A DNA stretch of 64,000 nucleotides from Chlorokybus atmophyticus (GCA_009103225.1 RHPI01001412.1:49600-113599), one strand, 5' to 3'. Shown: positions 35,111 through 54,879, counted from the stretch's first letter. Notes: generated by a model from the letters alone, not told the origin. Made by a program: numbers and translations.

Positions 35111-37393
35111 ATGGCGGCGGCGATGGCGGCAGCGGGGTTGTCCGCGCCTGCGACGTTGCTGCCTCACAAGGCTCCCCGGAGCTCACGTCGAGTTGCAGGA
35201 ACACGGGCGCCCACGTGCATGAGCTCCAGCAGACAAGGTAAGCATGTGCATGAAGGCGGCAGTGTCTTGCACTTTTCATGCTTGAGCGTCATGGCCTGTA
35301 CAGTAATACGACGTATATGCGTGAAAAAGAGCAGCTGTGTCTCCGCCGTGCATATGTTGCGAAGTTCTAGCATTAGCAACGTCAAGCACGGCAGCACATA
35401 GCATAATAACTTGCAGTTGCTTTACTTTGTGAGCTCTCAAAGCTGGTCATGGTCATGATGTCGTGGGTTGAGAAGTTGGTATGCATGTCAAAACAGAACG
35501 TGTTGTTACGTGTTGAGCTTCACGGCTTGCCGTTGGGGCAGCAAGTATGGTGTTGCTTTCTATGATGCTGAGCTAACATGCGCTCACCAACAAGTTCCGT
35601 AGCTTGCTGTACTTGCTTGCTTCTGCGTTTTGTGAACTTGGTGGGTAACTGCTTGTTGATGTGGCTTTGGATTTATTGTTGAGCGTGGCATTGTGTCTGT
35701 TTTCAGAGAACACGCTGCAGAAGGTGCTGCTGGCCGGTCCCAGGGCGGCCCTTGGCGCTCTGGCGCTGCAGACAGAGCTGCTGATGGACCCCAAGAAGCT
35801 GAACGCCACCATTGAGGATGCGCAGGGACGCCTCAACAACTTCGTGCAGGACCCAAGGCCCATTGGCGACAAGGCTGCATCACTTGCAAGCGTAAGTCGC
35901 TTTGGCGCTTTGGGCGTGCAGCGTCTCTGTATGCTGCGATTTAAGATGATGGTAAACTTTGTAACAGAGGCTGCCGTGGCTGCGTGCTGCTCAGTCAAAC
36001 GCATGTAGTGTACTGTTTGGTGGTTGCCATTGTTAAATATGCATTCGCATGTAGTGTGTCACTTTGCGTGCTTTCAACAGTGGGCAAATAGTGGTTTCTG
36101 TGTCATGCAGAATGTGTTGCATCGTATGCTTTGTAAGTATTCTGACTGTTACACTCTGCCTGACTCCCAAGACAGTTTACACTTTGACTGCATACTGTGT
36201 GCATTGCGCTGCCAGCTTGCAGCTCAGGGTTACACACACATGGCTACAAGTTGCTATTGCGCAAGCTGTGCAAGCTGTGCTGTCTGCCATGCTCACACAT
36301 CCAATTCCATGTCTACAGGAATTACAGGATGAGGTCGAGAAATTACTCGCTAAAGGTGTAGAGACGGAGCAGAACATTATGTCGATGGTCTCAGGCACGC
36401 CTCCCGCTCGCGCCGCAAGCAGCGCTGCCGAGGCTGTCGGTGCCACGCCCAATGCCAGGCAGGGGCCGCGCGACGTGAAGACGCTTGCTGACGCACAGCT
36501 TGGTATGGATGATGGCCACACAAAGTTTTGTTTTGCTGGTATATCCTCAGTGCAATACCAAATGCATACCTACTACACTGATGTGTTCACTATTGTTTGT
36601 GCTGTTTCGCAGAGGCTGAAGTTGCACTGGTGGCACAAGAGGTATGCTGTGTAACAAGCATGTGATGTACATGTCCCCATACGCTGCATGTTGGGTTTCC
36701 CCTTTTGTTGTCTAGAGATGAGTCATGTCAATTGCACACTTGAGGCTAGTGCGTGCTCGTGTGCATGCAAGCACTATGCTGCAGCTCAACAGTTGTCTCG
36801 AGATGAAAGCTGTTGTTGACACTATGTCGTGTTTAGGTTGTCGACTTGAGAGAGGCGTTGGTGTCGTTGGAGGTGGCGACGCAATTGAAGGTCAGCGCAG
36901 ACATGGTCGGCGCGGATGCTGTGCCAGCCTCAGCAGGCGGCCCCTCCAAGAAAATGGCCGTCATGAAGCTGCGGGAGAGACGCGACAGACTGTCACGCCA
37001 GCTGCAAGAGATCCGTAAGCGGGCACCAACAGCCGCATTCACGCACCCACTCACATTTGCAACTTGCAGACACGCGCATGTGCATGCGCAGGAATCGACA
37101 TGCACACATGCGCACACTTGCGCATGCGCACTTGCACGCACTTGCAACACGGCAAGTCTGTGGGTTGCATGCACATGTCACACATGCCGCAAGTGCGGTG
37201 CATGGCACAGCACTGCATGGCAGTCTTTAAACACATACAGCAAAAGTCTTGCATGTGTTGAATGTTTGCTATCATCACGGCAGGTACAAGTGAGAGGTGG
37301 AATGTCCCCGCGGACGTACCTTTGCAAGCTGCGCTGGATGAGGTCACTGCCCTGATGCTGGATCTGGAGCTGATGCCCCTGCCCATATCATAG
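35111..37393 (+). CDS. Putative plastid-targeted helical protein of unknown function
   Basis: ATG at 35111 with an Ala/Ser/Arg-rich transit-like exon. Exons ENTLQKVLLAGPRAALGAL..., ELQDEVEKLLAKG..., VVDLREALVSLEV... and ...ADVPLQAALDEVTALMLDLELMPLPIS-TAG, with GT-AG borders. Confidence 0.65.
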
Positions 37394-38125
37394 CTGTCTT
37401 CGACTCGTTGCAGCTTCTAGCAGATTGATTTGTAAATTGTGAGTCGGGTTGCTTGCTTGCCCTGTTGGTTGAGCCTGTGTCATGGCTTTGGCTTGACTTA
37501 GTCGAATTGTTCAGGTGGCTTATAGTGTTGTGCAATAGTCTGTTTGGGGGGGCTGTGCTGTCCGCAACACGGTGACTGCGCAGTGTGCACATGGTGTATA
37601 GGATATGCGAACAACTGCTGTGGTCTGAGCATGGTCCAAGCCCTGCATTCTTTTCATGTATTGCGTTGGTATGTGTGTCTGCGCTCTTGATCGCTTCTTT
37701 GAGTGTACAGTGGTAGGCGGGTGTGCTTCAAACAAGTAATTTAGTCAATTGTGTAAACACTGTCAACAATGTAAGCATGTTATGCGGTTATTGCCGGCCA
37801 TATACCAACAAGGTTATATACCAACAGGACTCAAATAACCGCATTAACGACTTGTATAGTACAGTAGGCATTTAATGCTATAGTTGGGAATGCGGTGATG
37901 ACATGTGAAACAGTCGCCACCATTCAACTAGCTTACTTGCTGGCCATGGGTCACAAACTGGCCGACCATTCCACAGCAAAGTTGACCATTTTCATTGACA
38001 GCTGTTGTGCACACATTAAGCACTGAACATGTTTCCGCAAGCACACAACACATTAACCCTCAACTGAAGTGTCGGAGCAACACAATCTTAGAGGAGAGCG
38101 AAATTAAACCTATATATATCTATAT

Positions 38126-43801
<5,676 letters not shown>

Positions 43802-43913
43802 GACGTGTGTGGGTGGGGTGGGGTGGGAATGGGGGTGGGGGTGGGCCTGAAAGTGTGTGTCTTTACATGGGAGCCACCCTGCGCGAAGACGACATGACGA
43901 TGACGATGGCGGA

Positions 43914-43947
<34 letters not shown>

Positions 43948-44796
43948 GATAACAGTCCCCAGCCAGGCAGTGCTTCTGCTGCTGCTGTCGTCAATGACAA
44001 TACCAACATTATCAATGTTGGTGATGACGCCCAACATGATAAGTAAGATGATGGCCATCAGATCAACAAGGGGAAGCCTTCATAGCTGTGTGAGCGTGCA
44101 TGATACACACCAGCTCATTACCAAAACAACAGTTACAGGTTTTGATCACGCAACAGCAACATTAAACAGACAGAGGTAACGACAATAGCGTCACATTGTG
44201 ACATACGTGCATGAGCCATGCACTGAAACAATCAACCTGTAGTCCTACAGGTCTATAGGTTGAGATTGTTTCTCCCATGTGATACTATCACTATCCAAGC
44301 AAGGTGCTGGTGGCCTTCCGTCAGATCACACATGAAGCCAGCTAACGACACACAGCAGGCTGCTGTACCACATACACAATACAACACTTGTTTGTCAAAA
44401 GCCAACACGCACGTCAATGCAAGCTGCGAAAACTCGACATCCCAACGCCACATCAACTGTTCCATGAGTCCGGCCCACCTCCTGTTGTTGTTCCCCCTTT
44501 ACTCGGACTTGTTCCCCTCGTCCCGCTCTTCCTCCTCGCCCTCCACCTTCTTCTCCTCCTTCTCCTTCTCCTTCTCCTTCTCCTCCTCCTGCTCCGCCGC
44601 CGCCGCCGCACCCGCTAACCGGTTGTTGTTTAGCAGACATCGCGGTTTGTGCTCCGATATCATCAATTGCACGGCGTTGAAGACCGCGACATCGATCTCG
44701 TGTACAGGATATCTGCGTGTCACGTGATAGCCTGGCTTGTAGCGGTCGTTACATATACTAGCGTTAGTTGTTGTTGTGGTTGGCGGCGGCGGCGGC

Positions 44797-47176
44797 ATGG
44801 CTGGGGATATGGCTGGTGAGGGGAGAAAGGAGATTGTAAGGGTTTTGGGGGTGATACCGGCTCGCTACGCCTCCACGCGCTTCCCGGGGAAGCCTCTGGC
44901 GCAGCTGGGAGGCAAACCCATGGTGCAGGTAGAGTGGGTGGGTGGGTGGGTGTACGCATGAACCAAACAACGTCTTCTGACTGCATGTGTGTGCAGCATA
45001 CTTACGAGAATGCCAAGAAGAGTGCGAGTTTGGACCGGCTGGTGGTGGCAACCGATGACGAGGTGAGAGAAGAGCGTGGTCGAGAGGATAAGGACACACA
45101 ACCACATCGTGATGATGTACAATGTAATGTGTCGGGTGTATGCGTGCGGAACATGAATGCACACACGTACATGCACAGAGGATTAGGAGCACGGTTGAGG
45201 GGTTTGGAGGCGAGGCCATGTTGACCAGCGAGCGATGCGAGAACGGTAAGCAGTGAGGTTGACTATGTGTTGTGTGCTATGAAGCGAGCAATAAGATGGT
45301 TGTTTTCCACGTTGTGTCGCCTGCTCATACACACACGCGCACGCACACCATGCATGCATGCATTTTGCAGGCACGGAGAGGTGCTTGGAGGTGATGAACA
45401 CACTGGCGGGGAGGGGCGAGACGTACGACATAATTGTCAACATACAGGCGCGTAGTGAGTGGTAGCGTGACTCATGTTGTGTTGTGTGGTCAAGAGTATA
45501 GCCATCAGTATAGAATCAGTCTTGAACCAGTGTGTTATTGTGACTGCAGGGAGATGAGCCCTTCATCGAGCCGGAACATGTGGACGCAGTTGTAGCTGTC
45601 GTGCGCGACGACCCCAACGCAGTCATGGGGTGAGCAGTTTCACATCAGATACCCACACCGTGCGTGTGCAATTATGTTGTCTCGAACTGTGAGCATCTGT
45701 TAGGTCAGTCATCTAGCCAATCTGTCATAATCGTAGTCGAACAACAGACAGTCACCAAAGCGTGAACTGATGTGCATCAGGACACTCGCGCGCCGGGCCA
45801 CAGATGAGGCCGATGTCACCAACCCAAACAATGTCAAAGTTGTCATCGACGTGGTAAGCTACACAACATCTACTCACATGACTACCACATGCCATCACAA
45901 CTCACTCACGAGCACACACCCATGAATGCACACGCACGTACCCCTACACGCCACAAGAAACACCCTCGCACATGCACACCTAAACCCACCCACATACACA
46001 ACAGCCCACCCGCACACACTCACCCACCCACCCACCCGCACACACTCACCCCCCCACCTACCCACCCACCTACCCACGTACCCACCCGCACCCAACCGCT
46101 CATACCACACACACACACACACACACACACACGCGTGTGTGTGGTGCGTGGCATCATGCGTTGTGATCATGAAAGTTAGCAACATGACTCACTCATACAA
46201 ACTCATTTAAGCATGCGCAACTCAGCAGCGTGAGCCCCCCCTTACACACCCAACACACCCACACCCCTCCTCCACCAATCCCCACCCCCCCACCCACCCC
46301 TCTCCCCCACAGCACTCCACCGCCCTCTACTTCTCCCGCTCCGTGATTCCTGCCTCCAAGTCCCTCGGCGGCCGCTTCGACCCGCGCCTGTCGGGGAAGT
46401 ACCTGCGCAAGCTCGGGATATACTGTTACAGGAGGGGGTTCCTGCCTGAGTTTGTGAACATGCCCAACAGCATGCTGCAGGTGAGAGGGGAGGGAGTTGT
46501 TGAGGTTGATGGGGGTGGGGGTGGGGATGGGGTGGGGGTGGGGGTGGTGATGTTGGTGTGTGTGTTTGTAGGAGGCGGAGGATTTGGAGCAGAATAAGGT
46601 GATTGAGGCTGGCTACAGGATCAAGGTGAGGAGGGGGGTGGTGTTGGTTGAAGTGCAGTGCACTGTTGTGAGTTGTAATGTCGGGTTACTACTGCTGTGT
46701 TTCAACTGACGGCATGACTCAAGAAACCAGTCTTCAGACCCCAGCAAAACTTTTTACGTATTTTCGTACTGATTAGAACAATAGCGACACAGCCAGATAA
46801 GTAGCCATGCCACCACCCACTACCCAATGACTCAACCCCACACGCATCTCACTTAGTAGTGCACTCAGTTCCTAACTAAAACTCACTCATTTACTCACTC
46901 ACTCACTCACTTCTCACAGTGACAGTCACAATGACCAAGTCTACCAAGCCTAATTATTTGCACATGTCTCAAAAAACAGCTCCACCAGCATGTCAAGTCA
47001 TTGCTACATTGCTACATTGTTGGCTCCCCTTCGTGCCCTCTCATTCTCTGTGGTGCACTCGATGGCAGGTGGGCATCGTGAAGGATGCGATCCACGGCGT
47101 AGACACGCCGGAGCAGCTGGAGGACTTGCAGAGGAGGTACTGTGACAACAATGGGACTGCCGCGGCGACGCACTGA
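44797..47176 (+). CDS. KDSB: CMP-Kdo synthetase (3-deoxy-manno-octulosonate cytidylyltransferase)
   Basis: [91 protein letters not shown] and GVDTPEQL over nine exons; TGA at 47174-47176. Confidence 0.96.
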
Positions 47177-48025
47177 AGCTACAGTTGGTTGACATTGCTT
47201 GACATCAGAACAGCTGCTATCTTTTGTACAGTCTTGTGGGGACACAACAGGTGAAAACCGACAGGTGTTAGTATGCATGAGCAGAGACAATAGTACTACC
47301 ATCACTTGAAGTAAAAGCAAAAATGCAGATAACCGAAAGCTTTGGGGAGGCAGGCAGGCGAGCGTCAGGCAGTCAGCACGGCAAGTCAGCAACTAATAGT
47401 GCACAAGCCTGAACAAGTTAGCATTGGGCGGGAGCATGGATATCAGCCAATAGTAGTACACAATGAGGGGGACAAATTGACATCACGCAATGGTAAGCGC
47501 GGCCTGCAGCTAGCAGCAGTGCACAATGAGACAAGCGAATCAGTGTTAGGCAGTAGCAAGCACAACAATCGGCAAGCAGTAGGGCCGCTCAGCAACCAAA
47601 GATGCATCACTGTTAAAATGGAAGTGGAGGACACGCCTGCAAGAGTTGCATCTCACGCATGCATTACAGGAATGCAGTTTGACGCCAACTTCTTAACATA
47701 TCAACAAAACACAACGACATTTCTCTATACAACCTGTATATACACAATGCCGCACGTGTCATGTGCAACACCAACACGAAAACCACTATTACATCCTAAG
47801 CTACCAACAATAACCCAGTACTTACATGTGGTGCCGTGCATTCTGTGGGTGAGAAGAGATCTCTCACTCTTTGCATATCTACAACGGGCTGTCTGGCCAC
47901 ACTTCCATGCATAAACTTCACTCAGACGAGCAGCACCCTTCGTCTTATTGTATGTGGCCTTCCGCCAAGCCTGCACTCCATCTCCCATGCACAGATGTTG
48001 GTGGAGCTGTACAATATGTGTGCAC

Positions 48026-50026
48026 TTATTGTGGTGGCTTCTCATCAGCGGGTGCGGCAGATTCCCGTGCTGCTGGGGCCAGCGAGAACATTTCCTGACA
48101 TCGGAAATACGTGTGAGCAGAGGACCAGTTGAGTATAGGCGCCAGTAAGCATGTCTTTTCTCCTTACACATGCATGTTGCACGCGTGTATGCAAGTGAGC
48201 GTGCAATTGTGTGTACTCAATGCCACTTGCAGTTCTTGCATGCATGCGTGCTTGTGTGTGCCAGCACATACTGCATAGCTGCAAGGTACTGTGTGCATGC
48301 GTGTACATGTACTAAAGAAACTTCATGCTCACCTTGATGGTCCTGCGAAGCATCTCACTGTTCTCCTCCTTCACCATCTTGAGGTCTTGCGTAAACTCCT
48401 TGGCCAAGTGCACCCGAATCTGAAGGCAGTGCACATCAGTTGATGAAACTGAAAAAGCCAACCGTCATTGGGACATGCGCATACACAATGCAAACAGCAA
48501 GTCAATCAGATGCAAGAGTTTCAGCATGCTGCATAATGTGCTTGTTGCACGTGCGCATGCAGTCACTGAAGTCACACAACAGCTTGGTGAGACTGTGCAG
48601 ACCGCAGAGCATCCGCAACGCTGGCCCAGAGCAGTCCAACAACAGCTTATACACAAGAGATGCTTCACAAGCCCAAAATGTTGCATAAAAGATGTGTGGA
48701 ACACTGTCGTTGTCTTCATTAACCGAGCGACTCACATTCTAGCACATACCTCCATGATGCGTTGAGCAATGGAGCGCGGATCGACAACCATGCCTTCATC
48801 AATGCCGAATGGGTGCGGCAGGTGCTCGGGCAGCATGAACAGCATTTTGTCTAGAAACGCCTGGCCGCTGATATCCTCCCATGACCCCGTGCGCGGGATT
48901 GGATTGTCCTTGATGTAGCTGCACGCAGGATGCAATTGTGAACAAGATGTTCCATGTTGGTATGTGGAACTGAATTGAAGCAACTTCTATGTGACATTTC
49001 ACATGTCATGTTCGTTGAGCTATATGAGACTGCTCACGCTGCTCTTCATGCAGTTGTCAAACATGGATGCGTCCTGGCATGCGCTTGGATGCCATAGCCA
49101 ATACAAACTATATACTGAGCCAGTTTTGCCATGTACTCAGAGTTTATGGGCAGCAAGTGTATGATACGGATGCATGCATTGTAGTGTGCGCCTGGCGCAC
49201 AAGGCTGCAAACTCAACAGTCGCAACATGCCACATGTTGGTCATCTTGCATGATGGGACAACAGCTCTGGTATGGTAGCACAAGCTTCCTAGGCTATGAG
49301 ATGGCTTGTGATGAGAGAGCGTATAGCAAGTGAGTCAGCTGTTACATGTCATGGTGCTCAATGGCTTTGCGCTATAATGCCTTGTTTAGGTGCATTGGCA
49401 CTTAGTCGAGTGTGTACAACATGAAGAAAGGAGAGACCAGACAATGGACTCACTTGAGCATCCAGCTGTAAAGCTGCTGGTTGGTTTCAGAAGTGTAGTA
49501 AAGCAGTGTCTTTGCTGCTCGCTCCGTCAACAACCCCATCAGCCTGGAACAGTTAGACACACAAGCAAATGAGACCAGGTTCAACACAACAAGAGAATGC
49601 CTGCAACGTCTTCAAGCCGCAGATAAGCACCAGATCTGTGATGAGGGTTTCAAGCAAGTTCGAGCACTACTTGAGCCCAATGGCCACTTAAGCTCACATG
49701 TCCCTGTTGCCATCCCGCAGCGGTGAGTCGTCTGGGTCGCGCATGTGCGCAGGCCTCCCTTTCCGCCTGTTGTCTCCACCCCCACCCGCTGTGCAGCACA
49801 ACGTCCTCCTCCTCCATGCCGCCGCCTCGGTCGCCCACAAGGACGGCAACGGCAACCCCTCCTGCTGCCTCAACCTGTAAGCACAAGAACCCAACCTCCT
49901 CAAACCCAACACCCGCTGCTTGCTCGACGCCTCCCCGCAAGACGTGTGAGGCGACGACGATGTCATCCACACCGCTGGCCCCGTCACCGCCGACACCGCC
50001 GCCGCCGCCGCCGCCGCAGACGCCAT
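48026..50026 (-). CDS. Plastid-targeted RbcX-like protein
   Basis: Exon 1 (50026-49697) is a transit peptide. Joined exons give MLMGLLTERAAKTLLYYTSETNQQLYSWMLNYIKDNPIPRTGSWEDISGQAFLDKML...IAQRIME/IRVHLAKEF..., with TAA at 48026-48028. The pattern resembles cyanobacterial RbcX (LTYQAVRTVL.QL.ETNP...WL...RIM.VREHLA, recalled). Confidence 0.7.
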
Positions 50027-50798
50027 GCCAGTCGCCGTTTACAATGCCACGCCCAATTGACGGTTGTTATAGCTCTCCGCAGCATGCCGTTTAATGGCCT
50101 CTCGCGTTCAACGGCGAAGATAGCATGGCATACATCATCTACGGTCAGAGTTCAAGCAGTCAAGTGGTCAACTTGCCTTTGAACTGGCGGGAAGTTGCGA
50201 TGCACTGAACTCTCTCATTCATTGATTCACTCGTCCCGTTGCACGAGTGAAGTGTTGATTCAGCAGTGAATCAAGGAACGGTCGTTGCGACGCGACCAAT
50301 CTACGCCGACATCAGACCACGAAGAAGGTCGGCGATGCCCTTGCTGCATCCAGTTCCAGTGCAGCGCCGCAGCGCCGACACGAGGTCGGCGAGGCGTCGG
50401 TAATTGACGTGTCAGAGATCTTTGAAATAGGGGAATGACCGCGCGCGAGCGGATTGGTGCGCGGGCAAAGGCTTAAATTAACGGATTGGTAGCGTATTTG
50501 TCCGATACGGCAGCAGAAGCAACTTGCAGGACTTGCCGCTACAAATTGACCGTACGAGCGGTCTTTACGCCTTCAAAGCCGACATCAGCCGGTCTGGAGT
50601 AGGCAGCCAACGTGTCTATCTTGATGCCAGCTGCGCGGCCGTACGGGCACTCGTACGACGAAGTTCGGCGAGTTGAACCGGTTTGACACTAACAAACTGC
50701 TAACGATTAGAGCGACCCAGTTTGCAAGTTAGGGCTTTGGCAAGCACTGCTGGGGTGTTGCTGTGGGCATTGTTAGCGGTGTTGGCGACGTCGGCGTC

Positions 50799-53488
50799 AT
50801 GGAGGACAGGCCGCTGCGTGTTGTCGTCATTGGGCCTGGTGAGTTTTTATATGTTAAAGGTTGCAGCAAGACAGCTTGCGCCGCTTGCGGGCGTGCACCT
50901 GTTTCCACATAACTATGCAGCATTGAAGGGAATGCAGTTGCTCAGCACTTTGTCTGTTGCATGCATGTAATGCATAGGAAGGAAGGCCATGTCTAAGTGA
51001 GTGACGTACTGTATGTCAGGTGGTGTGGGGGGCTACATAGCTGCTCGGCTCATTGAAGCTGGTGAGACTGCCTCTTTGATCTTGCGAGTGCGTTCTACTG
51101 ATGTACAAAAACGTGTCTGACGTGCATAGTGACATTGCCACAGGTGTGGTTGCAAGTCATGTGTGTTTTAACACTTGCATCTGGCAGGGTGTGAGGTGCA
51201 CTTAGTAGCAAGAGGCGCTGCGCAACAGGCAGGTGACTTTACTGCGTTGTTGACTTTCTTCCTTTTGCACAATTTCTTGTTGGTTGGAACTGCTTTGGTT
51301 GCGTTGTCGTTACTTTTAGCAATTCAAGCTGTTAGGGCACCGCAATATGCTTGTGCATGGCAATGTTGCAAGGCTGTGCCATGCGCAAGCACTGGCACAG
51401 TTACGCTCAACATCGGTGCAGTTCACAACTTTTTGGCTAGTGTGGTAACCTTCCAAGGACAACTACAGCTCAAGCTACTGCTCCTCATTGCAGGCAATCA
51501 GAGACAAGGGCTTGCGCGTCACAAGCGTTGCTGGGGACTGCACGGTAAGGCGCTTGCCATTGCTTTGCTACACTTGCTTGATTGTTCCGTTGCATGATGA
51601 CATGTCGCAAAGGCAATCACCTTATCACATTCGGGTCTCTGTGCCAAGTGTTTCAACCAGCTAACGTGTCCATTCATTTCAGCAAACTCATGTCTTCATC
51701 TGCGTTATTCGACTGCTTCAATGTGCGCTCAATCATTTGTGCATACAATTTGTTCTTGCTCTTGCTTACAGATTTGGGTTGTTTTTATTCACTTCTCTCC
51801 ACAATTGCACTTGATGTTGAACTGTCTGCTTCAGGTCCAGCCAGCTTCCGTGCATGCAAGTCCCAAAGACATCCAGCTCGCAAGCCCCGCGGACGCAGTT
51901 GTGTTCGCAGTCAAGGCGTGGCAGCTGCACAGGGTGGCCGAAGACCTCGCGTCTAGTGGTCACAGCGAGGCTGGTGTCAACACTGTTGTTGGGGAAAGGA
52001 CGGCGCTGCTGCCAACGCAGAATGGCGTGGAGGTGAGTGTTGTTGCGCTAAGGGCAAAGGTCATTACACACAACTTCTCATGCGTGCATGCACAAGTATG
52101 CAATGAGTCTGCAGGTGTTGGGTTGTTGCGTGAATAGCTGACGACTTTGTGAAATAGCGAGATGAACAAGCAGCCCTAGCTTCAGCCGAATTTGATGTTG
52201 AAAGACGTATGACCATTTTGGACAGTCATGTAAACTGCAAGATAATGTTCAAGCCATAGTTGCCCCTCAGTTTGCTAGCTCAGTACTACTATACTTACCC
52301 AGCCCACAACTATATGTGTCCATATTGCATTGGCTTCAGTCAGTCAAAGCTTACTGTGCAAGCTTGTTTTCCTCTGCGTGTGTGCTGTTGTTCTTACTAC
52401 CTAGCGTGTTCAAAGCCAACTGCTGTTTGACGGCCAGTTATGGGTGCTTGTGTAGGCGCCTGAGGTCTTGGCCGAGGTGTTTGGGAAGGAGCGTGTCTTT
52501 GGAGGCTACTTCAAGGTGGCCTTGCCATGCATGTGTACACGCTTGTTGCTGCCACACATGTCGGGTGCATTGGCTTATATAAAGTCTTTATACTTGCAAG
52601 CAGATATTTGCAAGGATACAGGAGCCTGGCCATATCCTTCACACGTGCGGCAACCCGGCGATATGGGGGGTGGGGCCGACACCCACAACAAACCCGGATA
52701 TCGCTGCGGCTTTTATCCCTCGGATGCAGGCAGTTTTTGCAAAGGTACAAACCTAAGCAGATGCGTCCTGAACAGCACAGTGATATCAAACATAGTCTTA
52801 CGTGTGTTCTATGTGCACCTTTCCATAGGTGCGGGGCCTCAGCCTAGCTGTTGAAAGCGACATCATCAAAGGCATGTGGACGAAACTGGCAGCACTTGTC
52901 GCTCATTCTGCTTCGTGTACAGTCACGCGAGCACCCCTCGGCATTGTGCATGAGGTATCTTGAAAGTTGGCGATCTGTTGTCACTTTGCTATCTGCAGCA
53001 TGACTGCATGGCAATATGCCCAAATCCTGTCTTTGTGATCTTGAAGGTGCCTGAAGCCAAGGCGATACATGATGCGATTCTGCACGAGATTGGTGATGTC
53101 GCGCGTGCACATGATGTTGATCTCACTCATGAAGATGAGGGAGAGTTGATGGCACGCAAAGCCCAGCTTGTGCCAACAGTAAGTAATGTATCCTGTACAT
53201 GTCAGTCAAGTCATGTGTTTTTTGTTACATAGCACTATTTGTATCTGCGCTAGTGACCAAAGCAGTGGCACATAGCATCAATCGATGCATCGCTTTACAC
53301 AGGCGTATTATGAGACGCCTTCCATGATGAGAGACGTCCTTGAGGGGCTGCCATCAGAGCTTGAGGACCAGTTAGGTGTGGTGGTGAAGCTGGCGAAGGA
53401 GAAGAGCGTGCCAGTCCCGGTTACCAGCATTATATATGGCGCGCTGCTGCCACAAGAGTTGAGAGCCAGAGGACAGCTCAAATTCTAG
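50799..53488 (+). CDS. panE: 2-dehydropantoate 2-reductase (ketopantoate reductase, PanE/ApbA family)
   Basis: MEDRPLRVVVIGP/GGVGGY (Rossmann motif), VHLVARG, FAVKAWQL, LLPTQNGVE, MWTKL, SMMRDVLEGLPSELE and IYGALLPQELRARGQLKF-TAG at 53488, across GT/GC-AG exons. Confidence 0.9.
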
Positions 53489-54056
53489 GTTATTCTAGGT
53501 TATAACTACGTGTTATAGACTGCTGTATATGCGCAGCGAATGTTGTCAAGTACATAAATATGGTCTGCACAATGGTCGCCCCATTTGTGTGAATGCATAG
53601 CTCCACCTTCGACCCCATACACTTTCATCTCTTGCTTTTTGTCTGTCTCGGTGCGGCAGTCAAGTTTCAAAACGAATATCGACATGTTTGCCAATATCCT
53701 TGGCTGGAAAGCTGACAGGCATTGGCTACACGCCAGGATGCGCGCAGTACAGTATTCACACTCAAGCAACATTGCTTATATAGTGCAACCAATTCCGAAA
53801 TGCGACCCCCTGCATACCATCAGCAGCAGCTAGCCCGCACGTGTGCTGTGAGTCTACTCGTCCATACTTCTGGTTGTGTAACGTTTGACATCAAACAGCA
53901 CGACATGGCAATGCAGGCATTGTTACCAAGGTGGGCTACGCAGCGTGGCGCAGAAGAGACGAACGTAAGTTACACATGTTCAAGCAGCGCAAGCATTCTC
54001 GGTAGGCCTAGCCGTGTGTCAAACCCAAACATAGACATCAGTTCAAAGTTTGAACT

Positions 54057-54867
54057 TGTGAGTGCCTAACTAGTGGACTAACCGAGTTAATGGCCCCTCA
54101 CTGTAGATATCTGACCTACTGCCTATGTAGGTCCCTCAAAGCCTCTATATCAAGCCGCGCCCCACTGGAAGCGTTGGAGACTTACCCCCTAGGGCTATGC
54201 GCCGGGTCTTACCCCCTAGCACACCAGTTAACGGGGAAGAATATGGACCTTTTTCCTTATTTGCTCCTTCATGCATTAATGCATTTACTTTTATAGCCAC
54301 GTTTCCTAGTTATCCTTATTTCTTTCATGCATTGAACAGCCATTTAGCCTTTTAAGATCAGTGATAGGCATAGTATAGAAGGCAGTCTCATTTCCATTTT
54401 ATTTGGTGCTGCGAGCAGTTGCTCAAGTTGCACCCCTGCTAATACAAGTCCTTTGTGACAAGTGTTTTGCTTGTATAGTGCATGCGCGTGTGAGTGACAC
54501 TGTGCATGTTGTTGTGCTCATTTTGCATAGTTTTATGCATATATTGAGCTGCTTATCAACGTAGGGATGTAGGTTGGACGGTCCATATCTTCTGGACTTT
54601 GATCCAACGGCCCCATCCTACACCGCCCAGCCTATCAGGAGGCTGAATTCGGTAATGCGCGCGAGTTCCGCGCGTTTGTCGGTCCTCGACCGGACTTTGC
54701 CGGTCGCGACTGGCGTCCTTTGATCATTTGATCATTTGAGCTTCATTAACGCTTACTTAGGTAAGTATTTGAGGGATTCTTATCCTCTATTCTCTTAGCT
54801 CTTATCCTTACTACCATACCCTAGAGGGTGGGTCCACAGGGTTTCTGTGGACGGCCCCTCGCTTCCT
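54057..54867 (+). repeat. 5' LTR
   Basis: tgtgagtgcctaactag...cccctcgcttcct. Directly repeated at 62146, with roughly 20 differences in the first ~430 bp by eye. The terminal ACA appears lost. Confidence 0.93.
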
Positions 54868-54879
54868 GATATCGGAGCC
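54868..54879 (+). promoter_or_regulatory. Degenerate primer-binding site, tRNA-iMet-like
   Basis: gatatcggagcc directly after the 5' LTR, versus the canonical TGGTATCAGAGC(C). Confidence 0.55.

Noticed and set aside
50215-50275. Two small stems (ttcactcgt/acgagtgaa; ttgattca/tgaatcaa) in the RbcX-like/panE intergenic region
   Set aside because: 8-9 bp stems only; no tRNA or snRNA signature, so compatible with chance or promoter palindromes.
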